A stretch of DNA of 64,000 nt from Vicinamibacteria bacterium (GTDB taxonomy: Bacteria > Acidobacteriota > Vicinamibacteria > Marinacidobacterales > Marinacidobacteraceae), in contig OZ241322.1 in NCBI GenBank assembly GCA_965199715.1, forward strand, positions 640,001 to 704,000, written 5' to 3'. The notes below the pieces were generated by a model. It saw only the letters and a list, made by a program, of their open reading frames with translations. It searched no databases and was not told the origin of the DNA. Positions 39,026-48,980 of the stretch are shown one piece after another. Within the stretch, counting starts at the first letter, position 1, and each line of letters starts with the position of its first letter. Position numbers and translations under genes: made by a program.

Positions 39026-40437
39026 CGCTTCCAAGTGAGAAGCCGTCCCACGGCGAGAGTGGCGAGCGAGCCGAGAAGCACGTCCCACGACCACGCGAGC
39101 GGGAACCCGAACAGGCGAATCAGCGCCGGCGCCGCGAACCCGGCCGCCATCCCCGCGAGAACCGCGTTCGGACTCGCGCGCCGGAAGAGGATCGCGAGGA
39201 GAAACGCGCCGACCGTCGGACCCGACGCGTAGGACAGGATGGACAGGCCGGCCTCGAGCGCCGACGGCGCCCGCTGGGCCACGAGCGCGACTCCGGTCTG
39301 GACGAAGCCCCAGACCACGACCAACTGGCGGCCCACGCGCACCTGACACCGCTCGCGCTCCTCGGGCGCGAGGCGGCCCAGGCGCTCCCGCCACGGGAGC
39401 CAGAAGTCGCGCACGGCGGTGGAGGCGAGGCTCACGAGCGAGGGAGAGAGCGCCGCCGCCACGACGCCGGCGAGCGCGATTCCGGCCCCCAACCCGCCGA
39501 GGTTTTCGGCGACGAACGTGGGAAGCACCTCGTCGGGACGGGCGAACTCGCGGCCGCCGTAGTAATCCCAAAGCCATGCGCCGATCCCGAGGAACAACGC
39601 GAACTGCGCGAGCGCGCCGAGACCCGAGAGCACGATCCCGGCCTGCGCGTGCCGGAGCGAGCGGGCCGCCAGCAGGCGCTGGGCGAGGTACTGGTCAGCG
39701 CCGTGGGTCGCGAGCGTCAGGAAGAGCCCGCCGAGGACGCCGGCCCAGATCGTGTACGGCGCGGTCAGGTCGAACTCGGGCGAGAAGATGCGGAACTTGC
39801 CGGCGTCCGCCGCCGCGCCGATCCACGACGCGGCGTCGCCGCTGCCCTCGGCCAGCGCCAGCACGATCGCCCCGGCCCCCAGCAGGTACACGCCGAGCTG
39901 GATGACGTCGGTCCAGATCGTCGCCGTGACCCCGCCTTCCTCGGAGAAGAGGATCATCGCCGCGGCGAGCGCGAGGATGCACCACCACTCGGGAACGCCC
40001 GCCACGATGGCCACCATGAGCGCGGCGGCGTGGAGCCGGACCCCGTCGGCAAGGTTGCGGTACACGAGGAAGATGGCCGCGGCGGCGCTGCGCACGCGCG
40101 CCCCGAAGCGCTGGAGCAGCAGCTCGTAGGTGGTGAGCACCTCGCCCCGGAAATACGCCGGGAGCAGCACGAAGGCGATGACGATCCGGCCCAGCACGAA
40201 GCCGAACCCGAGCTGCAGGAAGCCGAAGTCTCCCTCGTAGGCGAACCCGGGAATCGAGGTGAAGGTGAGGACGCTGGTCTCGGTCGCGACGATGCACGCG
40301 GCGACGGCCCAGAAGGGAGCGGAGCGCCCGGCGAGGAAATACCCCGAGACCGAGCGATCCCGGCGGCCCACGAGGATTCCGAAGACGGTGATCCCGGCCA
40401 GGTAGCCGAGCACCACCGCTACGGAGGCGAAGGACAC
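39022..40437 (-). CDS. Sodium:solute symporter family protein
   Basis: YFLAGR, IVATETS..TF..IPG, IWTDVIQ, HGADQ..AQRLLAA. Confidence 0.85.
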   Translation of the reverse strand: MSFASVAVVLGYLAGITVFGILVGRRDRSVSGYFLAGRSAPFWAVAACIVATETSVLTFTSIPGFAYEGDFGFLQLGFGFVLGRIVIAFVLLPAYFRGEVLTTYELLLQRFGARVRSAAAAIFLVYRNLADGVRLHAAALMVAIVAGVPEWWCILALAAAMILFSEEGGVTATIWTDVIQLGVYLLGAGAIVLALAEGSGDAASWIGAAADAGKFRIFSPEFDLTAPYTIWAGVLGGLFLTLATHGADQYLAQRLLAARSLRHAQAGIVLSGLGALAQFALFLGIGAWLWDYYGGREFARPDEVLPTFVAENLGGLGAGIALAGVVAAALSPSLVSLASTAVRDFWLPWRERLGRLAPEERERCQVRVGRQLVVVWGFVQTGVALVAQRAPSALEAGLSILSYASGPTVGAFLLAILFRRASPNAVLAGMAAGFAAPALIRLFGFPLAWSWDVLLGSLATLAVGRLLTWKR

Positions 40438-41165
40438 TATCCGGCGCGGACGATCCGGCTTCGCGAGGTCACCCGGAACCCGGGCGGCAGGCGTTCCTCG
40501 GCGGCCGCGCGGAATCCGCGGACGTCCCACCCGAGATCGAGAAACAGCTCGGCGATGGCGATCCGCACCCGCGCCGAGTCCTCGTCCTCGGAGCCGAGCC
40601 GCTCGAGCAGCGCCTCGCGGGACGCGGGGTCGCGGTGCGCCCGAAGCGCCTCGACCGCCCCGAGGCGCACCGTGTCGTCGAGGCTCTCGAGGCAGCGCAC
40701 GAGCCCGGGCGCCACGAGCGCGCTCTCGGTCTCGCCGAGGAACCGCAGGATCTGGACCGCCTTGCCGCCCCGGATGGCCACCGGGTCGCCGTCCTGGAGC
40801 ACGTCCAGCAGGATGTCCGCGAGATCGTCCCGCGGCACGAGCTCGGCGAGCGCGTCCATCGCCCAGGTGACCTCGTCATGGCCCCGCAGAAAGCGCCGCA
40901 GCGGCTCCACCGCGCGGTCGCCGAGCTGGACCAGCCGATCCCGGGCCCAGCGCTTCTCCTGATCGTCGCGCTCCAGATTCCCCGCAGTCATCGTGAACCG
41001 GCGGGCGAGCTGGTAGATCGCCTCCGGAGTGCCGATCGCGATGAGGCGCTCGGCGGCGTCCTCGCGCACTTCGGGCTGCGCGTAGCGCTCGGTGACCGAC
41101 CGCGCCGCCCGGCGGATGCGGGCGGCCTCGCGGCCTTCGGCGGTGAGCAGGTCGAAGAGTCCCAT
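40437..41165 (-). CDS. HEAT-repeat protein
   Basis: MGLFD start; VREDAAERL, VRLGAVEAL and VRIAIAE repeats; overlaps both neighbours. Confidence 0.65.
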   Translation of the reverse strand: MGLFDLLTAEGREAARIRRAARSVTERYAQPEVREDAAERLIAIGTPEAIYQLARRFTMTAGNLERDDQEKRWARDRLVQLGDRAVEPLRRFLRGHDEVTWAMDALAELVPRDDLADILLDVLQDGDPVAIRGGKAVQILRFLGETESALVAPGLVRCLESLDDTVRLGAVEALRAHRDPASREALLERLGSEDEDSARVRIAIAELFLDLGWDVRGFRAAAEERLPPGFRVTSRSRIVRAG

Positions 41166-43498
41166 CAGGGGAGCTCCCGGAGCACCCGGTCCTCGAGCCG
41201 GTACCGCTCCCAGCCGTCGAAGTCGAAGTGCCACCACTCGTGCTCGTACACGGTGAATCCCTCGCGCTCCATGGTCCGCCGGAGCAGCTCGCGCAGATGC
41301 CGCTCCTGCGACGTCCCGCCGACGTATCCCGGAAACGCCCGCTCCGAGAACTCGTCGTACCCGGAGATGAAGCGCGCCGGCTCGCCGGTGTCGAGGCGGA
41401 CGAGGCCGATGTCCACCGCCGCGCCCCGGTTGTGGCGGGAGCCGTCGTCGGGGTCGGCCACGAAGATGCGCTGGGCCTCGGGGGTCGCGTCCCAGAACAT
41501 CTTCGTGACCGGCCACGGGCGATAGCCGTCCTGGACCAGGATCGCGTACCCGTGGTCGTGCATGACCCGATTCGCCCGCGCGAGCGCCTCGGCGGCCGGG
41601 CGCTGCAAGAAGGCGTCGGGGACCTCGTAGAACGCCGCGCCCATGAAGTTGTTCGTGGTCGCGTAGCGCACGTCGAGGCGCAGCGTCGGATCCACGTCGG
41701 TGAGGCGCACGAGGTCCGACTCCGCGAAGTCGCCGGTCTCCTCGGGCATCGAGGCGGCCTCGGCGATACGGCGCAGCTCCGGGATCGGGAGCCGCGGCTC
41801 GATGCGGAACGTCCCCTCGCCGGGGCCGGGCCGGCGCGGGAAGACGATCCCCCCGAGATCGGCGCCCGTCACCCGCCCGCGGTCGTCCCGGAGGAAGCGC
41901 AGCGACTCGCCCGGATAGAGCCCGCCGTCGGGAAAGTCGAAGCGGTCGGGATCGTCCGCCCGGGCGGTCATGCGATACCGCTCGAGCCACTCGACGAGAA
42001 CGTGGAGGGCGCCGTCGTCCTCGAACACGAACAGCACGTTGTGGTCGGGGCCGTACTCGCCCAGCAGCGCAACGAGCTCCGGCGGCGGCGGGGGCGGCGG
42101 CGGATCGGGGACCCGGCGCAGCACGGCGTATCCGAGCCGCACGGCCGGAATCGGGTCCGCGTCCGGCGCTTCGACGTGAAGCGCCGGGCCGTAACTCAGG
42201 CGGGAGTCGGCGATCAACGCGCCCGGCTCGTCGAGCGCTCGCAGCTCCAGCGTGGAGCTGCCGATCTCGAGCTCGGCCCGATGGCGGCGCGCCCGGATGC
42301 GCAGGGACTCGCCGTTCTCGCCCTCGTAGCGCCCGTCGAGGCGGAAGGCGAGCCCTTCGGGGAGCGGCCGGGAGGCGGGTTCGGCGGCGGCGCTCGGATC
42401 GAGCGCGAGCCGCAGCATCCGGCGCAGGATCCGCCGGGCGACCCCGTTCGTGAAGTCCACGCTCGAGACCACGACGCCGCCGATTCCCGCGTCGGGAAGA
42501 TACGCGAGCTCGGTGGAGAAGCCGTAGATCGCCCCGCCGTGCCCGACCGAGCGGTGGGTCTCGCCTCCCGCCTCGAGCGCCCCGACGAGGAATCCGAGGC
42601 CGAAGCCCCGGTCCGGATCCTCGCCCGGATACTGGATCCGCTGCATCTCCTCGAGCCCCTCCCCCGACAGCACGCCGGGGAGGCTCCCGTCCGACAGCAG
42701 CGTCAGGAACCGCCCGAGGTCGCGGACGCTCGTGACGAGCGACCCCGCCGGCGCCATGCCGAGCGGGAACTCGGGAGCCGGAAACTCGCGCCCGTCGTAG
42801 CTCCACATGACCCCGGACGCGAGGCGGTCCGGCGGGGCCTCGTCGAGCCGGAACCACGAGGACTCGAGCCCGAGCGGAAGCAGCACCGACGAGCGCACGG
42901 CCTGGCCGAAGGGAACGCCGGCGGCGCGCTCGACGACCCGCCCGACGACCGCGATCCCGGCGTTCGAGTACTTCCGGCGGGCGCCGGGCGGGAAGACCAG
43001 CGGAATCGGGTTCAGGCTGGCGACCGTGTCTTCCAGCGAGGGGAGCGAATCGTCGAAGTAGTTGCCGACCGGCGGTTCCCGCACGAGGCCCGACCGGTGC
43101 GCCATGAGCTGGCGCAGCGTGATCGCTCCGTCGCCGGGCGCGAAGTCCGGGAGGGCGTCGCGCACCGACGCGTCGAGGTCGAGTTCGCCCGCCTCGACGA
43201 GCCCCATGACCGCGATGTCGGTGAACAGCTTCGAGACGGAGCCCACGCGGAAAAGCGTGTCCGCGTCGGCCGGTCGGCCCGGACGCGCCTCGCCGAAGCC
43301 CCGCGCCCAGACGACCCGGGCGCCGTCGGTGAGCGCGACCGCCATCGCCGGGATCCGCTTGGCCTCCATTTCCGAGCGTACGAGCGCCGAGACTTCGACG
43401 GCGACGGCGTCGCGGCCGCCGAGGGGGCCGACGACGCCGGGCTTCGGCTCGGGAGCGCAGCCCCAAAGCAGCAGGACGGAGACGGCGAGGCGGTTCAC
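41165..43498 (-). CDS. Serine hydrolase (beta-lactamase family) fused to D-Ala-D-Ala dipeptidase (VanX/M15)
   Basis: LWGC lipobox; SVSK, YSN, HGG; C-terminal DGYRP, SRHNRGAAVD, EWWHF. Confidence 0.85.
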   Translation of the reverse strand: MNRLAVSVLLLWGCAPEPKPGVVGPLGGRDAVAVEVSALVRSEMEAKRIPAMAVALTDGARVVWARGFGEARPGRPADADTLFRVGSVSKLFTDIAVMGLVEAGELDLDASVRDALPDFAPGDGAITLRQLMAHRSGLVREPPVGNYFDDSLPSLEDTVASLNPIPLVFPPGARRKYSNAGIAVVGRVVERAAGVPFGQAVRSSVLLPLGLESSWFRLDEAPPDRLASGVMWSYDGREFPAPEFPLGMAPAGSLVTSVRDLGRFLTLLSDGSLPGVLSGEGLEEMQRIQYPGEDPDRGFGLGFLVGALEAGGETHRSVGHGGAIYGFSTELAYLPDAGIGGVVVSSVDFTNGVARRILRRMLRLALDPSAAAEPASRPLPEGLAFRLDGRYEGENGESLRIRARRHRAELEIGSSTLELRALDEPGALIADSRLSYGPALHVEAPDADPIPAVRLGYAVLRRVPDPPPPPPPPELVALLGEYGPDHNVLFVFEDDGALHVLVEWLERYRMTARADDPDRFDFPDGGLYPGESLRFLRDDRGRVTGADLGGIVFPRRPGPGEGTFRIEPRLPIPELRRIAEAASMPEETGDFAESDLVRLTDVDPTLRLDVRYATTNNFMGAAFYEVPDAFLQRPAAEALARANRVMHDHGYAILVQDGYRPWPVTKMFWDATPEAQRIFVADPDDGSRHNRGAAVDIGLVRLDTGEPARFISGYDEFSERAFPGYVGGTSQERHLRELLRRTMEREGFTVYEHEWWHFDFDGWERYRLEDRVLRELP

Positions 43499-44769
43499 TG
43501 CTGGGTCGGCGGAGCGGACGGGTCGCTTTCGGGCGGATCCGAGAGCTCGCGGCCGGCGGGACGGCCCCCGAGCGCGTCGTCGAGGAAATCGGCCACGCGG
43601 TTCCAGAAGAGTCCGCGGGGCGGGTAGCTGTCGAACCCGTGCTCCCCTCCGGGGATGACCCAGCGGACCGACGGGAGCCCGGCGGCGCGGCGCGCCTCAT
43701 GCATGGCCTCGCTGTGCTCGGGGGGCACCTGGCGGTCCCGGTCGCCGTGGATGAAGAGGACCGGGCCGGGGATTCGAGCGATCTCGTCCAGCGGCCGCAC
43801 GCTGCGCAAGCGCAGCCCGGTGCGCGCCCGGACCGCGAGCGCGAGCGGCCCCCGAAGCCACAGCGAGCCGCCGCGCGAGGAGAGCATCGTCCCGGCGGCG
43901 TCCCACAGGTCGCCGTAGGGAGCGTCCAGAACGAGCGCCGGCACGTCGCCGAGCGCGGCCGCGGCGTAGATCGCCGAGGCGGCCCCGTTCGAGGTGCCGA
44001 AGACGGTCACCCGGTTCGCGTCGGCGTCGGGCCGCCCGCGCAGCCACTCGACCATCGCGCGCACGTCGTGGCGCTCGTTCATCGTGTAGGTTATGTACGT
44101 GCCTTCGCTGGTTCCCCGCCCGGAGAGGTCCATCGTGAGGACCCCGTAGCCGCGGCGGAGGAGGAATCCGCCCGCCTGCTCCAGCGCCTGGAAGCGCGAC
44201 GAGTGGGCGCCGTGCACCCAGGCGACGGAGCGTCCGTCCGAATTCGCGGGAGGCGGCATCCACCAGCCGCGCAGCAGGTGCCCGCTGTCCGACGGAATCT
44301 CCACGTCCTCCCAGGCGAGGCCCAGATCCCCCGGATGGCGGATCCAAGGGTCGAGGCGCAGCGGGAGCCGAAGCTCGCGCCCGCCCCGGACCAAGTCCAG
44401 AAGGACCTCGTCTCCCGCGAGCCGGGTCCGACGCAGGCCGTCCATCGCCTCGCGCGTCCCCGAGTAGGCCGCGCCGTCCACCGCGGCCACGAGGTCTCCG
44501 GGGGCGAGGCCGGCATCCCTGCCCTTCACCGAGACCCGGCGCATGACGAACCCGTCGCCGTCCTCCCAAGGACTCGAGAACCCCAGAAACGCCACGCCGG
44601 GCGCGGGACCGCCCGCTGGCGCGCCCCGCGTCTGCGCCGGGGCGCGGCGAAACCCGGTGGTGTAGGCGAGCGCCATCCGGTCGAGCATCCAGACGGCGGA
44701 CGCGAGAGCGACGGCCAGCGCCGCTCCGACCGCCCACCGGAGGAGGCGGAAGCGGGACCACTGCGGCAT
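43495..44769 (-). CDS. Alpha/beta hydrolase with PDZ-like insert
   Basis: N-terminal TM; AGLAPGD..AAVDG; HG, GTSNG nucleophile elbow, IHGDRD, GGEH. Confidence 0.78.
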   Translation of the reverse strand: MPQWSRFRLLRWAVGAALAVALASAVWMLDRMALAYTTGFRRAPAQTRGAPAGGPAPGVAFLGFSSPWEDGDGFVMRRVSVKGRDAGLAPGDLVAAVDGAAYSGTREAMDGLRRTRLAGDEVLLDLVRGGRELRLPLRLDPWIRHPGDLGLAWEDVEIPSDSGHLLRGWWMPPPANSDGRSVAWVHGAHSSRFQALEQAGGFLLRRGYGVLTMDLSGRGTSEGTYITYTMNERHDVRAMVEWLRGRPDADANRVTVFGTSNGAASAIYAAAALGDVPALVLDAPYGDLWDAAGTMLSSRGGSLWLRGPLALAVRARTGLRLRSVRPLDEIARIPGPVLFIHGDRDRQVPPEHSEAMHEARRAAGLPSVRWVIPGGEHGFDSYPPRGLFWNRVADFLDDALGGRPAGRELSDPPESDPSAPPTQQ

Positions 44770-44802
44770 CGGCCAATTCTAGGAGGCCCGACGGGTCTCG
44801 GT

Positions 44803-44830
44803 TGTAAGTTTCGCGCCGGTTCCGCCGTAT
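44803..44830 (+). promoter_or_regulatory. Putative ECF-type autoregulatory promoter
   Basis: TGTAAG-17 bp-CGTAT just upstream of the ECF gene RBS (GGAGG). Confidence 0.45.
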
Positions 44831-44845
44831 GGGAGAGCAGGAGGC

Positions 44846-45415
44846 ATGCTGAGTGTTGAGGAGATCCGCCGACTGGTCGCCGTTTGCCAGGAATCGGATC
44901 GGACTCCCGGAGACGAGGCGGAAGCCGCCGCCGCCTGGGGACGGCTCTACGCCTGGTTCCATCCCCGCGTCCTCGGCGTGTGCCGCCGACTGGTTCCCGA
45001 GGCGGGCGAGGATCTCGCGAGCGAGGTCATGATGAAGGCGCGGTTCCGGCTCTCGACCTTCGATCGCGAGCGCGATTTCGGCCCGTGGCTCTACCGGGTC
45101 GCGGCCAACCGCTGCCTCGACGAGGTCAAGACCGCGCGTCGGCGCGAACCGCTCGCCGGAGCGGCGATCGAGGCGGCCGAATCGTCCGAGCCGACGGCGC
45201 TGGATCGCTTGATCGCCGCCGAACGCAAGGAACGGATCGCCGGAGCCATCGAGAAGCTGCCGTACCGCCAGCGGTTCGCGGTCACGCTCCGGTACGGCGC
45301 GGACCTCGACTACGCCGGGATCGCGGAGACCCTCGGCACCTCGAAGAACCACGTCGGAGTTCTCCTTCTCCGCGGCCGGCGGCGGCTTCGCGTCCTTCTG
45401 GCGGAAGAGTCGTGA
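44846..45415 (+). CDS. ECF RNA polymerase sigma factor
   Basis: EDLASEV, F.PWLYRVAANRCLD, LP..QR....LRY...L.Y..IAETLG. Confidence 0.9.
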   Translation: MLSVEEIRRLVAVCQESDRTPGDEAEAAAAWGRLYAWFHPRVLGVCRRLVPEAGEDLASEVMMKARFRLSTFDRERDFGPWLYRVAANRCLDEVKTARRREPLAGAAIEAAESSEPTALDRLIAAERKERIAGAIEKLPYRQRFAVTLRYGADLDYAGIAETLGTSKNHVGVLLLRGRRRLRVLLAEES

Positions 45416-47007
45416 GCGCCTGCCTTCAGGAGCTGGAGCTCCTCGCGCTCGCGGACGGCGAGCTCGGCCCGACGGCGGCGGCGGAAGCGCGCCGCCACCT
45501 CGAGGGCTGCGAGCGTTGCCGGGAGCTGGCCGCGGGACTCGAGAACGAAACCTCCGCGCTGCGCGCCGGACTCGCTCCGGCTGCGAGCGCGGAGGAAACC
45601 GCGCGGCGCGAGTTCGGCTGGGTCGTCGCCGCCGGACTCGCGCTCTCGGCCGGCGTGCTCGGCGTCCAGCAGATGCGGTCCGCCGCCCGGGACCTGACGG
45701 ACGCGGTCCCGCTGAGCGACCCCATCCCGCTCGTTTCCTCGATCAGCCGCTTCGTCATCTCGCTACTGGATCCGCAATCCCTGCTCACCACGATCACCCA
45801 AGGAGGCATCGTCATGCTGACGCTCATCGGCATCGCCGCTCTCTCGTCCGCGCTCCGCCGCTCGCGGGGCGCGCTCGTCCCGCTGCTCGCCGCCGCCGCG
45901 GTCCTTCCGACCGCGCGGCCGGCGGAAGCGCTCCACATCATTCGGGGAGACGGGGAATCCGCGTCCTGCCGGGTGGGCGCGGAAGAGGTGATCCGGGACG
46001 ACGTGATCCTGCTGTGCACCAGCGCGACCATCGCCGGGCTCGTCGAGGGGGACGTGATCTTCCTCGCCCAGAGCCTCGACGTGAGCGGGCGCGTGGCGGG
46101 GAGCCTGCTCGGGGCCGCCGAAGTCGTGGACATCTCCGGCGCGGTGGATCAAAGCGTCCGCGTCGCGAGCCAGCGCATGTACGTTTCGGGGACGATCGGG
46201 CGGTCGCTGATGGCCTTCGGGGAGCGGGTGAACGTGCGTCCCGACGGGAGCGTCGGCGGCTCGGCCACGACGTTCGCGTCGAACGTGCTGATCGAGGGAC
46301 CGGTCGGAGGCAACCTGCGCGCCGGCGGCGCGGAAATCCACCTCGACAGCGAGATCGGCGGCGAGATCCACACGAGCGGCGGGGATCTCGCGGTAGGCCC
46401 CAGGGCCAGCGCCGGCGGCGCCGTGGTCCACACCGGAGCCGAAGCCCCCGGCGACTCGGGGGGCCTCCGGGTGGACTGGCGTCCGCCCGAGGAGGAGGCC
46501 GAAGAATCCGCGGGTCTCCGCGAGCCGGTCCGGCGCGCCGGGATGCGCACCCTGATGGGGACCGTGCTGGGGCTCGTGCTCGTCTTCCTCGCGGGGCCGA
46601 CGATGCGGCGGATCGCGGCGACGGCGCGGCGCCCGATGGTCCCGCTGCTGGTGGGAGCGGTGCTCGCGGTCGCGGTGCCGATCCTCTCGGTGCTGGTCGC
46701 CGTGACGGTCGTGGGGATTCCCCTCGGAGTGACCGCGCTGTTCGCATGGCTGTTCGCGCTTTACGCCTCCCGCCTCGTCGTGGGCCTGCTCCTCGGCGAA
46801 CTGATCCTCGGGCCGGGGTCCACCCGCCTCCACACGTTGCTGCGGCTGTTGCTCGGGCTGGCCATCCTTTCCGTGGCCATGGAGATTCCATTCGTCGGCG
46901 GCCTCGTCGCGATCGTGGCCATCGCGGTCGGCTTCGGCGCCTTCGCGGTGTGGGCCTTCCGCGCCTGGCGGGCGCCCGCCGGAGTAGAGTTGCCCGCGCA
47001 GGGATGA
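45412..47007 (+). CDS. Zinc-binding anti-sigma (ZAS) fused to beta-helix (bactofilin-like) repeats and C-terminal TM helices
   Basis: DGEL...HLEGCERC; repeated G.V.G..  units; 4-5 C-terminal TMs; GTGA overlap with the sigma gene. Confidence 0.75.
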   Translation: MSACLQELELLALADGELGPTAAAEARRHLEGCERCRELAAGLENETSALRAGLAPAASAEETARREFGWVVAAGLALSAGVLGVQQMRSAARDLTDAVPLSDPIPLVSSISRFVISLLDPQSLLTTITQGGIVMLTLIGIAALSSALRRSRGALVPLLAAAAVLPTARPAEALHIIRGDGESASCRVGAEEVIRDDVILLCTSATIAGLVEGDVIFLAQSLDVSGRVAGSLLGAAEVVDISGAVDQSVRVASQRMYVSGTIGRSLMAFGERVNVRPDGSVGGSATTFASNVLIEGPVGGNLRAGGAEIHLDSEIGGEIHTSGGDLAVGPRASAGGAVVHTGAEAPGDSGGLRVDWRPPEEEAEESAGLREPVRRAGMRTLMGTVLGLVLVFLAGPTMRRIAATARRPMVPLLVGAVLAVAVPILSVLVAVTVVGIPLGVTALFAWLFALYASRLVVGLLLGELILGPGSTRLHTLLRLLLGLAILSVAMEIPFVGGLVAIVAIAVGFGAFAVWAFRAWRAPAGVELPAQG

Positions 47008-47447
47008 GCTGGCTGCAGCGGATGGTCGCCCGCGGGGACGCGCCCGAACCGCTTCCCCCGCCGGGGCTGCGGGACCTCCAGATCGCGACCGCGGCCCTCG
47101 CGCTGGAAGTCTCCGGGGCGGACGACCGGGTCGAAGAATCCGAGCGCGCCGAGATCCGGCGCGCCCTCGGAGCGGCCTTCGGCCTCGCGCCCGAGGAGCT
47201 CGCCGGCGTGCTGAACGCGGCGCAGCGCCGCACCGGGGAGGCGGTGTCGCTCTACGAGCTCACCCGCCTGCTCGACCGAGCGTTCACCGTCGAGCAGAAG
47301 GGAACGGTCGTCGAGCTCCTCTTCCGGGTCGCCTACGCGGACGCCTTCCTCGCCGGCGAGGAGGAGCACCTGATCCGGAAGGTTGCGACGCTGCTGCACG
47401 TGGAGCACCCGGCGTTCGTCGCCGCGCGCCGCCGAGCGCGAAGCTGA
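47004..47447 (+). CDS. TerB-family protein
   Basis: AALALEV..AD, SLYELTR, LFRVAYAD...EEHLIRKVA.LL. Confidence 0.75.
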   Translation: MSWLQRMVARGDAPEPLPPPGLRDLQIATAALALEVSGADDRVEESERAEIRRALGAAFGLAPEELAGVLNAAQRRTGEAVSLYELTRLLDRAFTVEQKGTVVELLFRVAYADAFLAGEEEHLIRKVATLLHVEHPAFVAARRRARS

Positions 47448-47762
47448 CGGGCGGCCGCCCGCGGCCCCGGGAGGCTGGCCACGATTCGGAACTCTGTTGT
47501 CGGTTCCGACTCGCAAGGTGGGAAGATGGAGTCGCTTCCCATGCGCTTGTCTCGCTCATTCGTACTGCTCTGCTGCATTCTTGTTCTCGGCTGTGGGCTA
47601 TCTCCCACCCAAAATGCACATCTTGTGTCACTTGTCGCGTCGGGCGACGTGACCCTGACCAACGTGCGCGGCAGTGGGTCGTCAACGGGTACAGTTGCAC
47701 GCAGTACTGCGCAATGGGACGAATCACCCGATCCGCGTTAGCACTCGCCTCGAGCATGGGTT

Positions 47763-48980
47763 GGAAGGTCTGAATATCGCCGGGTTTCCGGCGTTGCACG
47801 CATGATTCCCGAGGCGAGACGTCAAGTCTCGGGCGATACGAGGAATATGAAGCGCTATTCCGGGAAACGCCGGCGTCGTCCCGGCGCAACGTCCCGTGCG
47901 TTCATGCGCCCGACGCCGTGAACCGCACGGCGGGCGCACCCGTCCCCTACGCCGGCGGCGCCCGCAACAGCGTTCGTCGCGCCGAGTACAGGTTCACCAG
48001 CGCGAACGGCGCCTTGATGTGACGCGCGTTCTTCGCGAGGCCCCGGAAGCGCGTCTTCCGGAACCCGAACACGCGCTTCAGCACCAGGAACGGATGCTCC
48101 GCCCGCGCCCGCACCCGCGACTTCGTCCGGTTCCCGCGCCGCTCCTTCTCCGTGAGCGGTCGGTTCCGGGCCGCCTCGCTCAGCGTGTGGTCCTGCGCCC
48201 GAGGCGCGGCGGCCCGGATCCTCGCCTTCCGGCCCACGTACGCCTTGTCGCCCCACACCTTGGTCTCGGCCCCGTGGAGCAGCTTCCCCACGACCCGGGA
48301 GTCATGGACGTTGGCCGGGGTCACCTCCGCCGCGTGGACGTACTTCGACCGGGAGTCCATCCCGATGTGCGCCTTCAAGCCGAAGAACCACCGGCCGCCC
48401 TTGTGCGTGCGCCCCATCTCCGGGTCCCGCTTCCGATCCCGGTTCTTCGTCGACGTGGGCGCGTCCACGATGGTCGCGTCGACCACCGTCCCGCGCCGCA
48501 CCAGGACGCCCGACTTCCCGAGGCGCTCTCCGACGACCTTCAGGATCGCCTCCCCGAAGCCGCGCCGCTCGAGGAGCCCCCGGAACTTGCAGATCGTGGT
48601 CTCGTCGGGCGCCCGCTCCCGTCCGAGGTCGATCCCCGCGAACGTCCGCATGGCGCGCGAGTCGTGCAACTGCTCCTCCGCCCTGGGATCGGAGAGGTCG
48701 AACCAGCACTGCAGCAGATAGATCCGCAACATCCGCTCCAGCCCGATGGGCGGACGGCCGCGCTCCCCGGAGGGATACACGGGCTCGATCAGGTTGACCA
48801 GCTCGTCCCACGGGACGATCCGATCCATCTCCTCAAGAAACAGATCTCGCCGCGTCTTCTTCCGGAAACGATCGAACCCCACCGTCGCGAATGTCCGCCG
48901 CCGCATCACCGTAACCTCCGGAAGAAACGAACATCGGCACTTTACCAGTGATCCGGTGTTGCGAATAAATCAGACCTTCC
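47763..48980 (-). mobile_element. IS5-family insertion sequence, 1218 bp
   Basis: Terminal IRs GGAAGGTCTGA (47763) and TCAGACCTTCC (ending 48980); 4-bp target duplication GGTT at 47759-47762 and 48981-48984. Confidence 0.92.
47947..48909 (-). CDS. IS5-family transposase
   Basis: LE.MLRIY.LQ.WF.LSD, PDETTI.KFR, VDAT, FG.KAH, GDKAY, RARAEHPF. Confidence 0.95.
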   Translation of the reverse strand: MMRRRTFATVGFDRFRKKTRRDLFLEEMDRIVPWDELVNLIEPVYPSGERGRPPIGLERMLRIYLLQCWFDLSDPRAEEQLHDSRAMRTFAGIDLGRERAPDETTICKFRGLLERRGFGEAILKVVGERLGKSGVLVRRGTVVDATIVDAPTSTKNRDRKRDPEMGRTHKGGRWFFGLKAHIGMDSRSKYVHAAEVTPANVHDSRVVGKLLHGAETKVWGDKAYVGRKARIRAAAPRAQDHTLSEAARNRPLTEKERRGNRTKSRVRARAEHPFLVLKRVFGFRKTRFRGLAKNARHIKAPFALVNLYSARRTLLRAPPA

